IMG/VR virus record: IMGVR_UViG_3300045988_109366
Location: 85,042-149,041 of that record
Length of the DNA stretch: 64,000 bases
Reading direction: 5' to 3' (one strand)
DNA from: a virus
Positions within the stretch are counted from its first letter, which is position 1. Each line of letters starts with the position of its first letter. Of this stretch, positions 45,093 to 53,603 are shown piece after piece. Under the pieces are notes generated by a model, which searched no databases, was not told the DNA's origin, and saw nothing but the letters and a program-made list of their open reading frames with translations. Both the position numbers and the translations under genes were made by a program.

Positions 45093-46461
45093 GACATTAT
45101 ATAAATATGAGGCTTCATCAAATAAGTTCGTATGGTTCACTACATGGGACAGGGCACTTAGAAATTATTATACCGGTGATTATAATTATGTACCCGATCC
45201 TGTCGTTGATAATCCTTTTAATACGTTTGTTGAGTTTAGATCCAGAAAGCCCGGTATGGCTAATGTGGATTGGGGGGATGGGATAAAGGAGCAGTTTCCT
45301 ATGACCAAGGTTCAAGGGCAGGATAATTATCGTATTATATTCCGTTCTTTGGCAATACAACACAGGAAAAATCCAAATACTACGTGGTGGTTCAGGAAGG
45401 AGGATGGATCGCAATACGTACCTGTGGATAATCATGCTTACGCTGATGGGAGGAGGGACGTACAACGGGCTGTATCGATAGATTTTACTTGTGATATTTA
45501 TTATGCCAATATTGAAACTTGTAAGATGACTGCTTTCCCGATCGTAGATATTCCAAGTCTTGAATTTTTGGGCGTATTGTATACGATGTATGTTAATGAT
45601 GGCATACCGGTAGATAAATTGTCGAGATCTAATAAATTAACTTATATAAAGCTTTCAAATGTAGGACAAAGAATGACTGAAATGCCTGAGGCTATAACTA
45701 GTAAGACTGAGGTGTATTATTTAAGTATGTTTAATATGCTTGATCTTAGGGATATAGAATCTAGCGGGATAAGGAATATAAAGAATATGAAAAATATTCA
45801 AACCCTTGAATTATCTTCATGTTATTTGGATAGGTATATAAAGGAGTTTAATGATCTTCCTAAATTAACTTCGTTGAATATAACTTCTGGTCCTTCTGAT
45901 ATGTGGAATTATTTTGATATAAATACCCTTCCTTTTTTCGAGGTAGATAAGATAAATCCTAATATTACTGATTTTTATTTTTTAAATGACTGGATGAATG
46001 GAGAAAGGAGGACGGGTTGGAATGATGATAATATGTCTGGAAGGGGATTGGAACATCTTACTAATCTCCTTGCAGCTAATAGCAATGGTCTTAGAATGGA
46101 TAAGCTTCCGGATTATATTTATGAGATGAGGGCTATTACACGGTTTAACGTGAATGCATCTACTCATAGCCAAAAAAGATCAGATGATTTCGTGAACTCT
46201 TTCTACGACCTTGTTGTAGGATGGGATCAGATTACTATGACATCCGTGGCTAAGGATGGGAAGAGGAACCAGTTCTATAGTCTTTCGGTAAGCATGTATA
46301 ATGCTATTTGTCCAACCAAAAACCAGCGTCCTACGGGGCAGGAACAGGCTCCGGAGGGGTTCGTGAAAGGTCAGTCCAACGGATCTCCCGCTACGCCTAT
46401 GGAGAAGATATATGTGCTAAAAAATAACTACGCCCAGAGATGGACGATTAAATCAGAATAA
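45085..46461 (+). CDS. LRR-like fibre/receptor-binding candidate, paralog 3 (shorter C-terminus)
   Basis: Same conserved blocks, but it lacks the roughly 70-aa C-terminal extension of paralogs 1 and 2. Confidence 0.55.
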   Translation: MAKTLYKYEASSNKFVWFTTWDRALRNYYTGDYNYVPDPVVDNPFNTFVEFRSRKPGMANVDWGDGIKEQFPMTKVQGQDNYRIIFRSLAIQHRKNPNTTWWFRKEDGSQYVPVDNHAYADGRRDVQRAVSIDFTCDIYYANIETCKMTAFPIVDIPSLEFLGVLYTMYVNDGIPVDKLSRSNKLTYIKLSNVGQRMTEMPEAITSKTEVYYLSMFNMLDLRDIESSGIRNIKNMKNIQTLELSSCYLDRYIKEFNDLPKLTSLNITSGPSDMWNYFDINTLPFFEVDKINPNITDFYFLNDWMNGERRTGWNDDNMSGRGLEHLTNLLAANSNGLRMDKLPDYIYEMRAITRFNVNASTHSQKRSDDFVNSFYDLVVGWDQITMTSVAKDGKRNQFYSLSVSMYNAICPTKNQRPTGQEQAPEGFVKGQSNGSPATPMEKIYVLKNNYAQRWTIKSE

Positions 46462-46520
46462 TATTATGAATATCAACATTTTAAAACTAAATTGGGGGGG
46501 GGTAAAATCCTATTTGCCTT

Positions 46521-47207
46521 ATGATGAGAAGAAGGATGTTACCCAAAAGGAAGACAATAGAGGTATTCGAGGAATTATCTCCTCAGGATAATGGATATTG
46601 GGCGGTTCCTGATGGGGTCTATGAGGTTGAGTTCGCGTTGGTCGCCGGAGGTCTTAATGGAGAATATTCCGATATATATAATGCCGGGAGTGGCGGTAAC
46701 GGAGGTGGTGTACTGACTGGGACTATACCCGTAAATCCAGGTGTTACATATAGGGTGGTTGTCGGAGATATAGGTGGTGATAGTATATTCGGTATATATC
46801 AGGCTATTGCTGGTAAAGGTGGAATAGGCGGATATGGAGTTAAAGGGGATGGCAATGATCCTTCCCCGGGAAATCCAGGGCAAGATGGATCATATGTTTT
46901 TAACAACAAATATCCTGACCGATACCCTTATCCTATGGGCGCTGGTGGTGGATCGGGAGCTTATACAAGAGGATGGGATACAGGCTTTTTATCCGGAGGT
47001 AAAGGTGGCAATCACGGAGGAGGTGATGGAGCTGGAGCTAAGGATGTTGAGGGCGTTATTATTAATGGCGAAAATGGAGGTAATGCCACTTATTATGGTG
47101 GTGGCGGAGGAGGAGCCTCTAAAGCTTCTAATAGTGGGGCCGCAGGCGGTCGAGGAGGATCAGGTTATCGTGGTATTGTTATTTTGCATTATTTAAAAAA
47201 TGGATGA
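46521..47207 (+). CDS. glycine-rich domain protein (fibre-associated type)
   Basis: W.VPDGVYEVEFALVAGGLNG...GGNGGG...VVVGDIGG and long G-rich tracts. The N-terminus is MMRRRML. Confidence 0.55.
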   Translation: MMRRRMLPKRKTIEVFEELSPQDNGYWAVPDGVYEVEFALVAGGLNGEYSDIYNAGSGGNGGGVLTGTIPVNPGVTYRVVVGDIGGDSIFGIYQAIAGKGGIGGYGVKGDGNDPSPGNPGQDGSYVFNNKYPDRYPYPMGAGGGSGAYTRGWDTGFLSGGKGGNHGGGDGAGAKDVEGVIINGENGGNATYYGGGGGGASKASNSGAAGGRGGSGYRGIVILHYLKNG

Positions 47208-47658
47208 TATGAATAGATATGATATTATAAGAGAACTAGGTTCTTATTTTGATATAGTTGAATTGGTGTGTCCTCATACTTACAATAAGTGGAAGGAAAG
47301 ATCGTGGCAGTTCCTTGACACAGAGTTTCTCCATAATTTACTTATATTACGTAGGGATATAATCAAACAGCCTATGTATTGTAATAACTGGGATAAGCAA
47401 GGACAGTTTTCCCAGCGTGGTCTTAGATGCAACATGTGCCAGATTGTCAAGGATAAGAAGGATGTTTATCTATCCGCTCATGTATTGGGTAAAGCCGGTG
47501 ATTTCGATGTCAAGTCGATGACGGCGGAACAAGCCAGAGGTTTGATTTTAGATCATCAGGATATGCTTCCATATCCTTTTAGGCTTGAGAGTAAGGTGAA
47601 TTGGTTGCATTTTGATAGTCTTGATACGAGGAACGGTATACATGCCGTGGTGTTTTAG
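47200..47658 (+). CDS. peptidase M15-family endolysin
   Basis: The zinc-ligand motifs SAHVLGKAGD (SxHxxGxAxD) and WLHFD fit M15 D-Ala-D-Ala/L-Ala-D-Glu peptidases. Confidence 0.75.
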   Translation: MDDMNRYDIIRELGSYFDIVELVCPHTYNKWKERSWQFLDTEFLHNLLILRRDIIKQPMYCNNWDKQGQFSQRGLRCNMCQIVKDKKDVYLSAHVLGKAGDFDVKSMTAEQARGLILDHQDMLPYPFRLESKVNWLHFDSLDTRNGIHAVVF

Positions 47659-47701
47659 GGACTTAATGGTATAGTAGTTAACTTTGCGAGTGGGGTATAA
47701 A

Positions 47702-48265
47702 ATGAAAGACAAAGACATGATAGAGCGAGTGGGGGCTTTGTGGAATATTGCGCTTGCGTATGGTGCCTCTTGTTGGGCTTATTTCCAGCCAGTACACCAT
47801 TTATTGACCGTATTACTTATAGTATTAATAGCGAATTTCTTGGCTAGGTTAGCGCAAAGCGTAAGGGGCTGGAAGCTTCGACGAAGTCGTAGAAGACGGT
47901 TTAGTTTTAAGAGATGGTTTAGGGAGGTCAGGTTTACTGATATTCTTAAGGAGTTCGCTTTGTCTTGTTTTATAGTAATGACATTATGTGTTATATATAA
48001 GACGTTATACCCGATCGAGGAGGGGGCTAGTATGATACTTACCGTAACCAAATATGGTGTGTATATAGCCCTTGTGGGATATGTCATGCTTTTCTTGAAT
48101 ACCATAGGGGATACTTTCGCTGATGCTTATTTGGTTAAGGTATTCAAGGCCGTGTTTAAGAGGATAAACGTATTCAAGATGTTTAGTTTTTCCAAGAACA
48201 TACCTGACGAGATGTTTGACGATATAAAGAAGATTGCTGATGATGAGGTTAAGGATAAGTCTTAA
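47702..48265 (+). CDS. putative holin / membrane protein
   Basis: Several hydrophobic helices from ATG 47702, lying between the endolysin and the spanin-like gene. Confidence 0.5.
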   Translation: MKDKDMIERVGALWNIALAYGASCWAYFQPVHHLLTVLLIVLIANFLARLAQSVRGWKLRRSRRRRFSFKRWFREVRFTDILKEFALSCFIVMTLCVIYKTLYPIEEGASMILTVTKYGVYIALVGYVMLFLNTIGDTFADAYLVKVFKAVFKRINVFKMFSFSKNIPDEMFDDIKKIADDEVKDKS

Positions 48266-48743
48266 GGCTGTTTTTTGTTTAGGTCTGTCGCTGTCCCTGT
48301 CCTCTTGCGGAAGCAGGAGGCAGGTTAGCGAAACGTCTATTGATAGCCGGTTGATCAGCAGGATAGAGACGATGATAGATGAGGTTATAGACCGTAAGGT
48401 GGTGGAGATAAAGACATCTGATCTTAATGCCGATATCGTTATAACTGAGAGGAAGTTCGATACGGACAAGGATGTTGATCCTGCCACGGGGGAACGGCCG
48501 GTGTCCTCGCAGACAGATACCCATATCGTCATTGGCCGGCGGGACAGCACGGTGACAGCCGATTCCCTTGGAGTTAATAAGACAAGGAATGATATAAAGG
48601 ATCTGGATAATAAGACAAATATCAAATCCAGGGACGTAGATGATAAGAAGGAATCAAGATGGCCTATAGTGTGGATAGTAGCTGGTATCTTGATGATATT
48701 GTTGGTATTGGTGTATATATTGAAAAAGATAAAGGTTTTATGA
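48240..48743 (+). CDS. putative unimolecular spanin
   Basis: N-terminal lipoprotein signal with lipobox LSLSSC, and a C-terminal transmembrane helix WPIVWIVAGILMILLVLVYIL. Confidence 0.55.
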   Translation: MMRLRISLKAVFCLGLSLSLSSCGSRRQVSETSIDSRLISRIETMIDEVIDRKVVEIKTSDLNADIVITERKFDTDKDVDPATGERPVSSQTDTHIVIGRRDSTVTADSLGVNKTRNDIKDLDNKTNIKSRDVDDKKESRWPIVWIVAGILMILLVLVYILKKIKVL

Positions 48744-49396
48744 GAAGAAGAATGTTGAATAATGGAAGTGATGATCTTGTTGATCAACACACAAGATTCT
48801 TGATGAGATTTGACAATGATTTTAAGGTTGATGGATACCCCTCCCCTAATATCGAGGATGGTTTAGAGATCAAGGGAGGAGAGTTTGTTACCGATTCTAT
48901 AAGAACTGGATATAAATACACAAATACGTCTGATTCTTATGGGATGATTAATACATCTAGTACATTGTCACCTGATCTATTTGGTGATGGAGATCCATTT
49001 ACCATTGATTTTTGGTATAAACCATTAGTCGTTATTAACGCTTGTTCTGTTGGCCATGAATGGCATAATGGTATTTTTTATTTTGGTATAGCTGGTGATG
49101 CTGGTGATTTAGGTTTGTATTTTGCTACTCAAAGAGGAGCGTATGGAAGTAAAGCATCTGATGCTATTATTGGTAGGTGGTATCATATAGCTATGGTTAG
49201 GGTTGATTATACATTATATGGTTTTGTCGATGGCAAACGGTCTGTTTCATTCTCATGCCTTAATACTTCATTGAGATATAGTAATATAGATTTTAATAGA
49301 CAAAGGGATGGTAATAATAGGGCGTCTTTTGTAATAGATAATTTTAGGATAAGTGATGTAGCTAGATGGACGTCTGATTTTGATCCTCCTAAATAA
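48740..49396 (+). CDS. LamG/concanavalin-A-like lectin domain protein
   Basis: From ATG 48740 (MRRRML...). FTIDFWYKP...GRWYHIAMV...LYGFVDGK is the typical Laminin-G_3 pattern. Confidence 0.55.
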   Translation: MRRRMLNNGSDDLVDQHTRFLMRFDNDFKVDGYPSPNIEDGLEIKGGEFVTDSIRTGYKYTNTSDSYGMINTSSTLSPDLFGDGDPFTIDFWYKPLVVINACSVGHEWHNGIFYFGIAGDAGDLGLYFATQRGAYGSKASDAIIGRWYHIAMVRVDYTLYGFVDGKRSVSFSCLNTSLRYSNIDFNRQRDGNNRASFVIDNFRISDVARWTSDFDPPK

Positions 49397-49462
49397 AAAG
49401 GGACTATGATCTCTCACCGTCCCTTATCTAATTAGTTTTTAAAGAATATGCAAATAGTATAG

Positions 49463-49534
49463 AGGTCAGTCCCGGATTCGAACCGAGGTATATGGTTTTG
49501 CAGACCACCGACTAAACCGCTCATCCAACCGACC
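49463..49534 (-). tRNA. tRNA-Cys (anticodon GCA)
   Basis: 72-nt cloverleaf: acceptor GGTCGGT/ACTGACC, anticodon arm GTGGT-CTGCAAA-ACCAT, T arm CTCGG-TTCGAAT-CCGGG. The discriminator U is the Cys identity element. Confidence 0.85.
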
Positions 49535-49678
49535 GCATCGCGAATATATAATTTTGTCTTTGACCAGACAACTTCTTTGACTAGATTTTTACCCAACCAG
49601 AAACTGCCTTGAAGAAAATCCCTTATCTAGTAGACACTAGGTGAGGCAATATCTCTTTGAGGTCTATCTATGTTGACA

Positions 49679-49779
49679 CCAAAGGGAATGTGGCGGCTCC
49701 GTGAGGCAGGGCAGGAGGTATCCCCACACGGCCGGCCAGGAGCGGAGCGACTCGTAGCCCACCTCCCTTTTTCCCTTGG
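49679..49779. repeat. GC-rich structured element G (same family as units at 18784 and 19223)
   Basis: CCAAAGGGAATGTGGCGGCTCCGTGAGGCAGG...CCTCCCTTTTTCCCTTGG. It shares the CCGTGAGGCAGG core with 19243-19256. Confidence 0.6.
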
Positions 49780-50018
49780 CATATTACGCTTAAGCGTTGG
49801 AAAGAAGTAAACATATCAATGCATTAACGTCTGATGTAGGTAGTTGTTTGTCGATTAAAGATCCATAGACAACATAAGTAGATGTCAAAAATACACTAAA
49901 CTAAATCATTGATATACATTATTATTAAGATCTTATATTTTCAATCTACTACAGATTATTAAGTTAATGTATTTAAGTTATATACTTTAGATAATAACAA
50001 AGCGTTAGCTAACTCTTT

Positions 50019-50246
50019 TTAATCAATCAACTTATGAAATAAATAAAGAAAATCTTTATAATGAGATTCCCTTCTTAAGGGGCGAAAGTTTCCTATGTCA
50101 CATGTCACAAAATAGACAACTGTGTTTATAAAAGAAGGTGGATAAATAAATGCATCTCTTTTCTTAACTATCCCTACGATAGTCTCCCTACGCAATGTCC
50201 AAGTTGGATTTCGACCATAGCGATCGCCGTAAAAAGCCGTGATCAT
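50019..50246 (-). CDS. possible small protein
   Basis: About 75-aa ORF from ATG 50246, isolated on the minus strand with no motif. Confidence 0.25.
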   Translation of the reverse strand: MITAFYGDRYGRNPTWTLRRETIVGIVKKRDAFIYPPSFINTVVYFVTCDIGNFRPLRRESHYKDFLYLFHKLID

Positions 50247-50303
50247 AAACAAAAAAAATGAGTACTTTCACAAGCACTCATTTTGAAATGACAAATTTTT
50301 TAG

Positions 50304-50311
50304 TATCTTTG
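50304..50311 (+). promoter_or_regulatory. -7 box TATCTTTG
   Basis: 21 nt before ATG 50332. Confidence 0.5.
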
Positions 50312-50331
50312 TACTATAAAAAAAACAACAT

Positions 50332-51384
50332 ATGGCAAATTTAACATTAATATTCGACCAATTCGTATCTTTCTCTGAAAAAAAGAGGATGTCAGAAGAA
50401 AATAGAGCTTTGAGGAGGGATTCCGGCAAGGTCATCCTACCTTATTTGCTTAATGACAATGCTAATCCTTGTTGCGATAACCCTAGGATAAAGCGTCAAT
50501 CATCATCCAAGTCAGAGATACTTGAGAAGCCGATATCGGAGACGTTGATAGGCATTCTTATCATATGTCTTGACCCTATAAGGTTTAGGGCGCTGGGGGT
50601 CCAATACAACATCAAGTGGTTCTATTACTTTGTGAATGAAATAGTTAATTACTATATCAAGCATCATCGTTTTGGTGGTGATAATCTTGCTTATCAGATA
50701 AAGTTAGTTAGGTGGCTTTTGATCAGTTATGTTAACGTGGCTGTTGTACACGGTTATTATGCTATGGTGAGGAAGGCGAAGAAGGAGCATCCTGATCTTT
50801 TTGTGCATAGCAACAATGCGAGGTATTATTATTGGGACAATTGCCCTCCTAAGCATCGCAAGCTAGAGGATGAACGAAATATAAATAATCCTACCTATAA
50901 AGCCCATGAGTGCAATAGGAAGCGCGCCGAGGATATCAAACGTGTTGTTTATGACTCCATGGATTCGATCAGGAAACGTGACCTTAAGGATTTTGTGTCC
51001 TCCAAGAACAACGGGGTGAGCATTTCTTTTAAGGAAAAGGTTCAGAACAAGGTCAGGAAGAAGGGTTTTGGTAATGTCAGTATCAAGACCATAGAGAGGG
51101 CTATAAAGAGCTATTTAGATGAGCGTGGTGTCACTTTCTCTGAGTTCGTCGATGGGGTGAGGAAGTTGGATAGGAAGATAAAGGAAGTCAAGTCCGCTTT
51201 TGGCAAGGTTAAAAGGATTAAGATTTTTGGCGTCAAGGCTTATGATTATGTGTCTGGGGATGAGATAGCTGATGAGTTTGGCATGGCCGCGTTGTCTGAT
51301 GAGGTGTGGATTCCTGATAATAGCACACCGTTCCTTGACGATTATATTGAATCGCAGTATTTGTCTAACAATTTTAATTTCTAA
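50332..51384 (+). CDS. hypothetical protein
   Basis: 350-aa ORF with its own promoter. Confidence 0.6.
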   Translation: MANLTLIFDQFVSFSEKKRMSEENRALRRDSGKVILPYLLNDNANPCCDNPRIKRQSSSKSEILEKPISETLIGILIICLDPIRFRALGVQYNIKWFYYFVNEIVNYYIKHHRFGGDNLAYQIKLVRWLLISYVNVAVVHGYYAMVRKAKKEHPDLFVHSNNARYYYWDNCPPKHRKLEDERNINNPTYKAHECNRKRAEDIKRVVYDSMDSIRKRDLKDFVSSKNNGVSISFKEKVQNKVRKKGFGNVSIKTIERAIKSYLDERGVTFSEFVDGVRKLDRKIKEVKSAFGKVKRIKIFGVKAYDYVSGDEIADEFGMAALSDEVWIPDNSTPFLDDYIESQYLSNNFNF

Positions 51385-51388
51385 TATT

Positions 51389-52018
51389 ATGGTTAATATA
51401 AAATCACATGACTTTTATACGGTGTTTGATGATAAGAAGCAACTTTTTAAAGTATCATCATTATTTGATTCTTTAGATGAATCTGAAGATATAGTCAAAG
51501 ATTTGATGGATTCTGGCACATTCATGTATATTGTTGACGAACGACTGTCTATGATATGGGTGGATATATTTATGATGATAGAGCTTCTTGGGGAATATGA
51601 TGGTGGGGATGTTAAGGATTTGGCTATTAAATGTTCTTCTCTCTATTTGAAAGATAAGGTGATGCGTTTAATTGTCGATTATGTCAATTGCGATTCTGAT
51701 GATTATGATGATAGCGTTGATCCTATATTGAGTTATTGTAGCAATCTTATTCATAGTGGTGATGGGAATATTGATTATCTGCCATTGTCCGACATGGCAA
51801 GTTTGAATGTAGGAAATTATATGTCAGATGACATGTTGAAGCTATTTGATATTGCCAAGGAAGACAATCGCATAATATCTATATTGTTTGTTTTGTTAAG
51901 TAGACCGTATGTTGACGATTATGGTTTTTTTACTCTTACCGATTTGCTTTCTATGATGATTGATAAAGGTTTTATCGGTGATCGTGATGATATAGTTAAT
52001 GCCTTAGGGTTTATCTAA
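51389..52018 (+). CDS. hypothetical acidic protein
   Basis: ATG 51389 (MVNIKSHDF...) lies right after the previous stop. The longer track ORF overlaps the upstream gene. Confidence 0.55.
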   Translation: MVNIKSHDFYTVFDDKKQLFKVSSLFDSLDESEDIVKDLMDSGTFMYIVDERLSMIWVDIFMMIELLGEYDGGDVKDLAIKCSSLYLKDKVMRLIVDYVNCDSDDYDDSVDPILSYCSNLIHSGDGNIDYLPLSDMASLNVGNYMSDDMLKLFDIAKEDNRIISILFVLLSRPYVDDYGFFTLTDLLSMMIDKGFIGDRDDIVNALGFI

Positions 52019-52053
52019 AAGTAGGTTTATTGTATTGGTATGACCCTATTTTG

Positions 52054-52061
52054 TATCTTTG
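52054..52061 (+). promoter_or_regulatory. -7 box TATCTTTG
   Basis: 17 nt before ATG 52078. Confidence 0.5.
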
Positions 52062-52077
52062 CTTAAAAGTAGTAAAG

Positions 52078-52956
52078 ATGAATCAGATAAATATCATACC
52101 GAAGATAATTCATGATAAGTTCGCCGCAAGGATTATCATGGATGATTACGATATAGAGAAACCTATCGTTATTACTGTCGTGGCTAGACGTAACGATGGT
52201 GAGTATAATACCCAGATATTGACATACCCGACATATGGCGTTGATTATGAGGGTAATGTAAGGATGGTGTTTTTCGATGTCGCTAGGTCTCATGTTTGCC
52301 AGATAACATCGGTATTTATCAACGGGCATGAGGTCAAGACATATTATACCGATATCCCGGATCTTGATATGCAAGCCCGTTATGATGATAGCTTGTGCCG
52401 GTATGACAAGAAGGTTAATATGAATGATATCCGTTTGTCGTTTCAGGTGCTAGAGACACGTGATCCAAAGGTGCTTCAGGTATTGGATGAGTCCGAGTGG
52501 GGGCTGCTGGAGGACAGGAAGGCGATCATCGAGATCACTACGCCGGGCATGTCCGACCCCGCTACGTTGTTCCTTGGCAAGAATCAGGTCAATACCTTTA
52601 CTAGCCTAACATTAGGCCTCAATTGCTTTAATTACGATGATTGTAATGTCAAGTACCTTGATCTACCTGATGGTATATATGATATCAAGATCATAGGTAG
52701 CCCTTCTACTTACAACTTCAGTCGCAAGTATCTTAAGACGGATCTTATACGCAGACGTCTTGATCGGCTATGGATTAAGACCGATATCTTGTGTGAGGAT
52801 AAGGATAAGGATCTTATAGGCAAGATACAGGAGATGGAGACGCTTATGGCTGTAGCGGAGGCTAACGTCAGGTTGGATAATATAGAGGCGGCTCATGAGA
52901 TCATTGATCGTGTAGGAGAGCTTCTTGAGATGGCTACTAATTGCGTGGATTGTTGA
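52078..52956 (+). CDS. hypothetical protein
   Basis: ATG 52078 (MNQINIIPK...) was chosen because the promoter box lies inside the longer TTG-started track ORF. Confidence 0.55.
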   Translation: MNQINIIPKIIHDKFAARIIMDDYDIEKPIVITVVARRNDGEYNTQILTYPTYGVDYEGNVRMVFFDVARSHVCQITSVFINGHEVKTYYTDIPDLDMQARYDDSLCRYDKKVNMNDIRLSFQVLETRDPKVLQVLDESEWGLLEDRKAIIEITTPGMSDPATLFLGKNQVNTFTSLTLGLNCFNYDDCNVKYLDLPDGIYDIKIIGSPSTYNFSRKYLKTDLIRRRLDRLWIKTDILCEDKDKDLIGKIQEMETLMAVAEANVRLDNIEAAHEIIDRVGELLEMATNCVDC

Positions 52957-52973
52957 ATTTTAAAGATATAATT

Positions 52974-53324
52974 ATGGGTTGTAATACTTGTAAGGAAAAG
53001 GCGTTAAAGGCTGAGAGAGAAAGGATTGAGAGAAGTATGATGAATCGTGCTTCTTCTACCGTTGTTAGCGATAGGGAATATGCTTCTAGAAGCACCGCCG
53101 GTTGTATGGTCATGCTCGATCTGTTGAAGACAATGGAGCGTGACGTGGTGAGCATATACAAACAGACCCGTACCATAGGTGACGTGGGTATCGTCTATCT
53201 CAACATGCAGAAGAAGATCCGTGAGTGGATCAAGAACCTGCCATATGGATGCCCGCCTGATGAGGAGGTACAAGAAATGAGAAAGGAGATACTCGATGGG
53301 CGCGCAAAGTATATCAAGCCTTGA
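52974..53324 (+). CDS. hypothetical protein
   Basis: ATG 52974 (MGCNTCKEK...). Confidence 0.5.
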   Translation: MGCNTCKEKALKAERERIERSMMNRASSTVVSDREYASRSTAGCMVMLDLLKTMERDVVSIYKQTRTIGDVGIVYLNMQKKIREWIKNLPYGCPPDEEVQEMRKEILDGRAKYIKP

Positions 53325-53538
53325 TAGAATAGACCTATGTAGGGTCGTAGACGAATGGCTGTCTTGTCAATGGAGTGGATACATGAGGTATCATAGGTAC
53401 AGGATCGGGAATAAGCCTGATGTATCTTATTGGGGCAAGATAATTCGTCTACAAAGGTCATTATGCGATAATGATTGCGGGTTATGCCCGGATGAGATAA
53501 GATCGTTAAAGGAACATATTAACAGGTTACTAGTATGA
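53296..53538 (+). CDS. hypothetical protein
   Basis: 80-aa ORF overlapping the previous gene by 29 nt. Confidence 0.4.
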   Translation: MGAQSISSLDRIDLCRVVDEWLSCQWSGYMRYHRYRIGNKPDVSYWGKIIRLQRSLCDNDCGLCPDEIRSLKEHINRLLV

Positions 53539-53603
53539 TAAAAACTTTATAAATATCACTTAATTATATTGTAAATCAATAGCATAATTACTAAATTAGA
53601 GGC

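Noticed and set aside
46466-46597. Phase-variable translational fusion through the G9 tract between a small upstream ORF and the glycine-rich gene.
   Set aside because: I followed all three frames. A shift of one G in either direction runs into TAA (46503) or TGA stops before reaching ATG 46521, so no fusion product is possible. Only a transcriptional or leader-level effect remains plausible.
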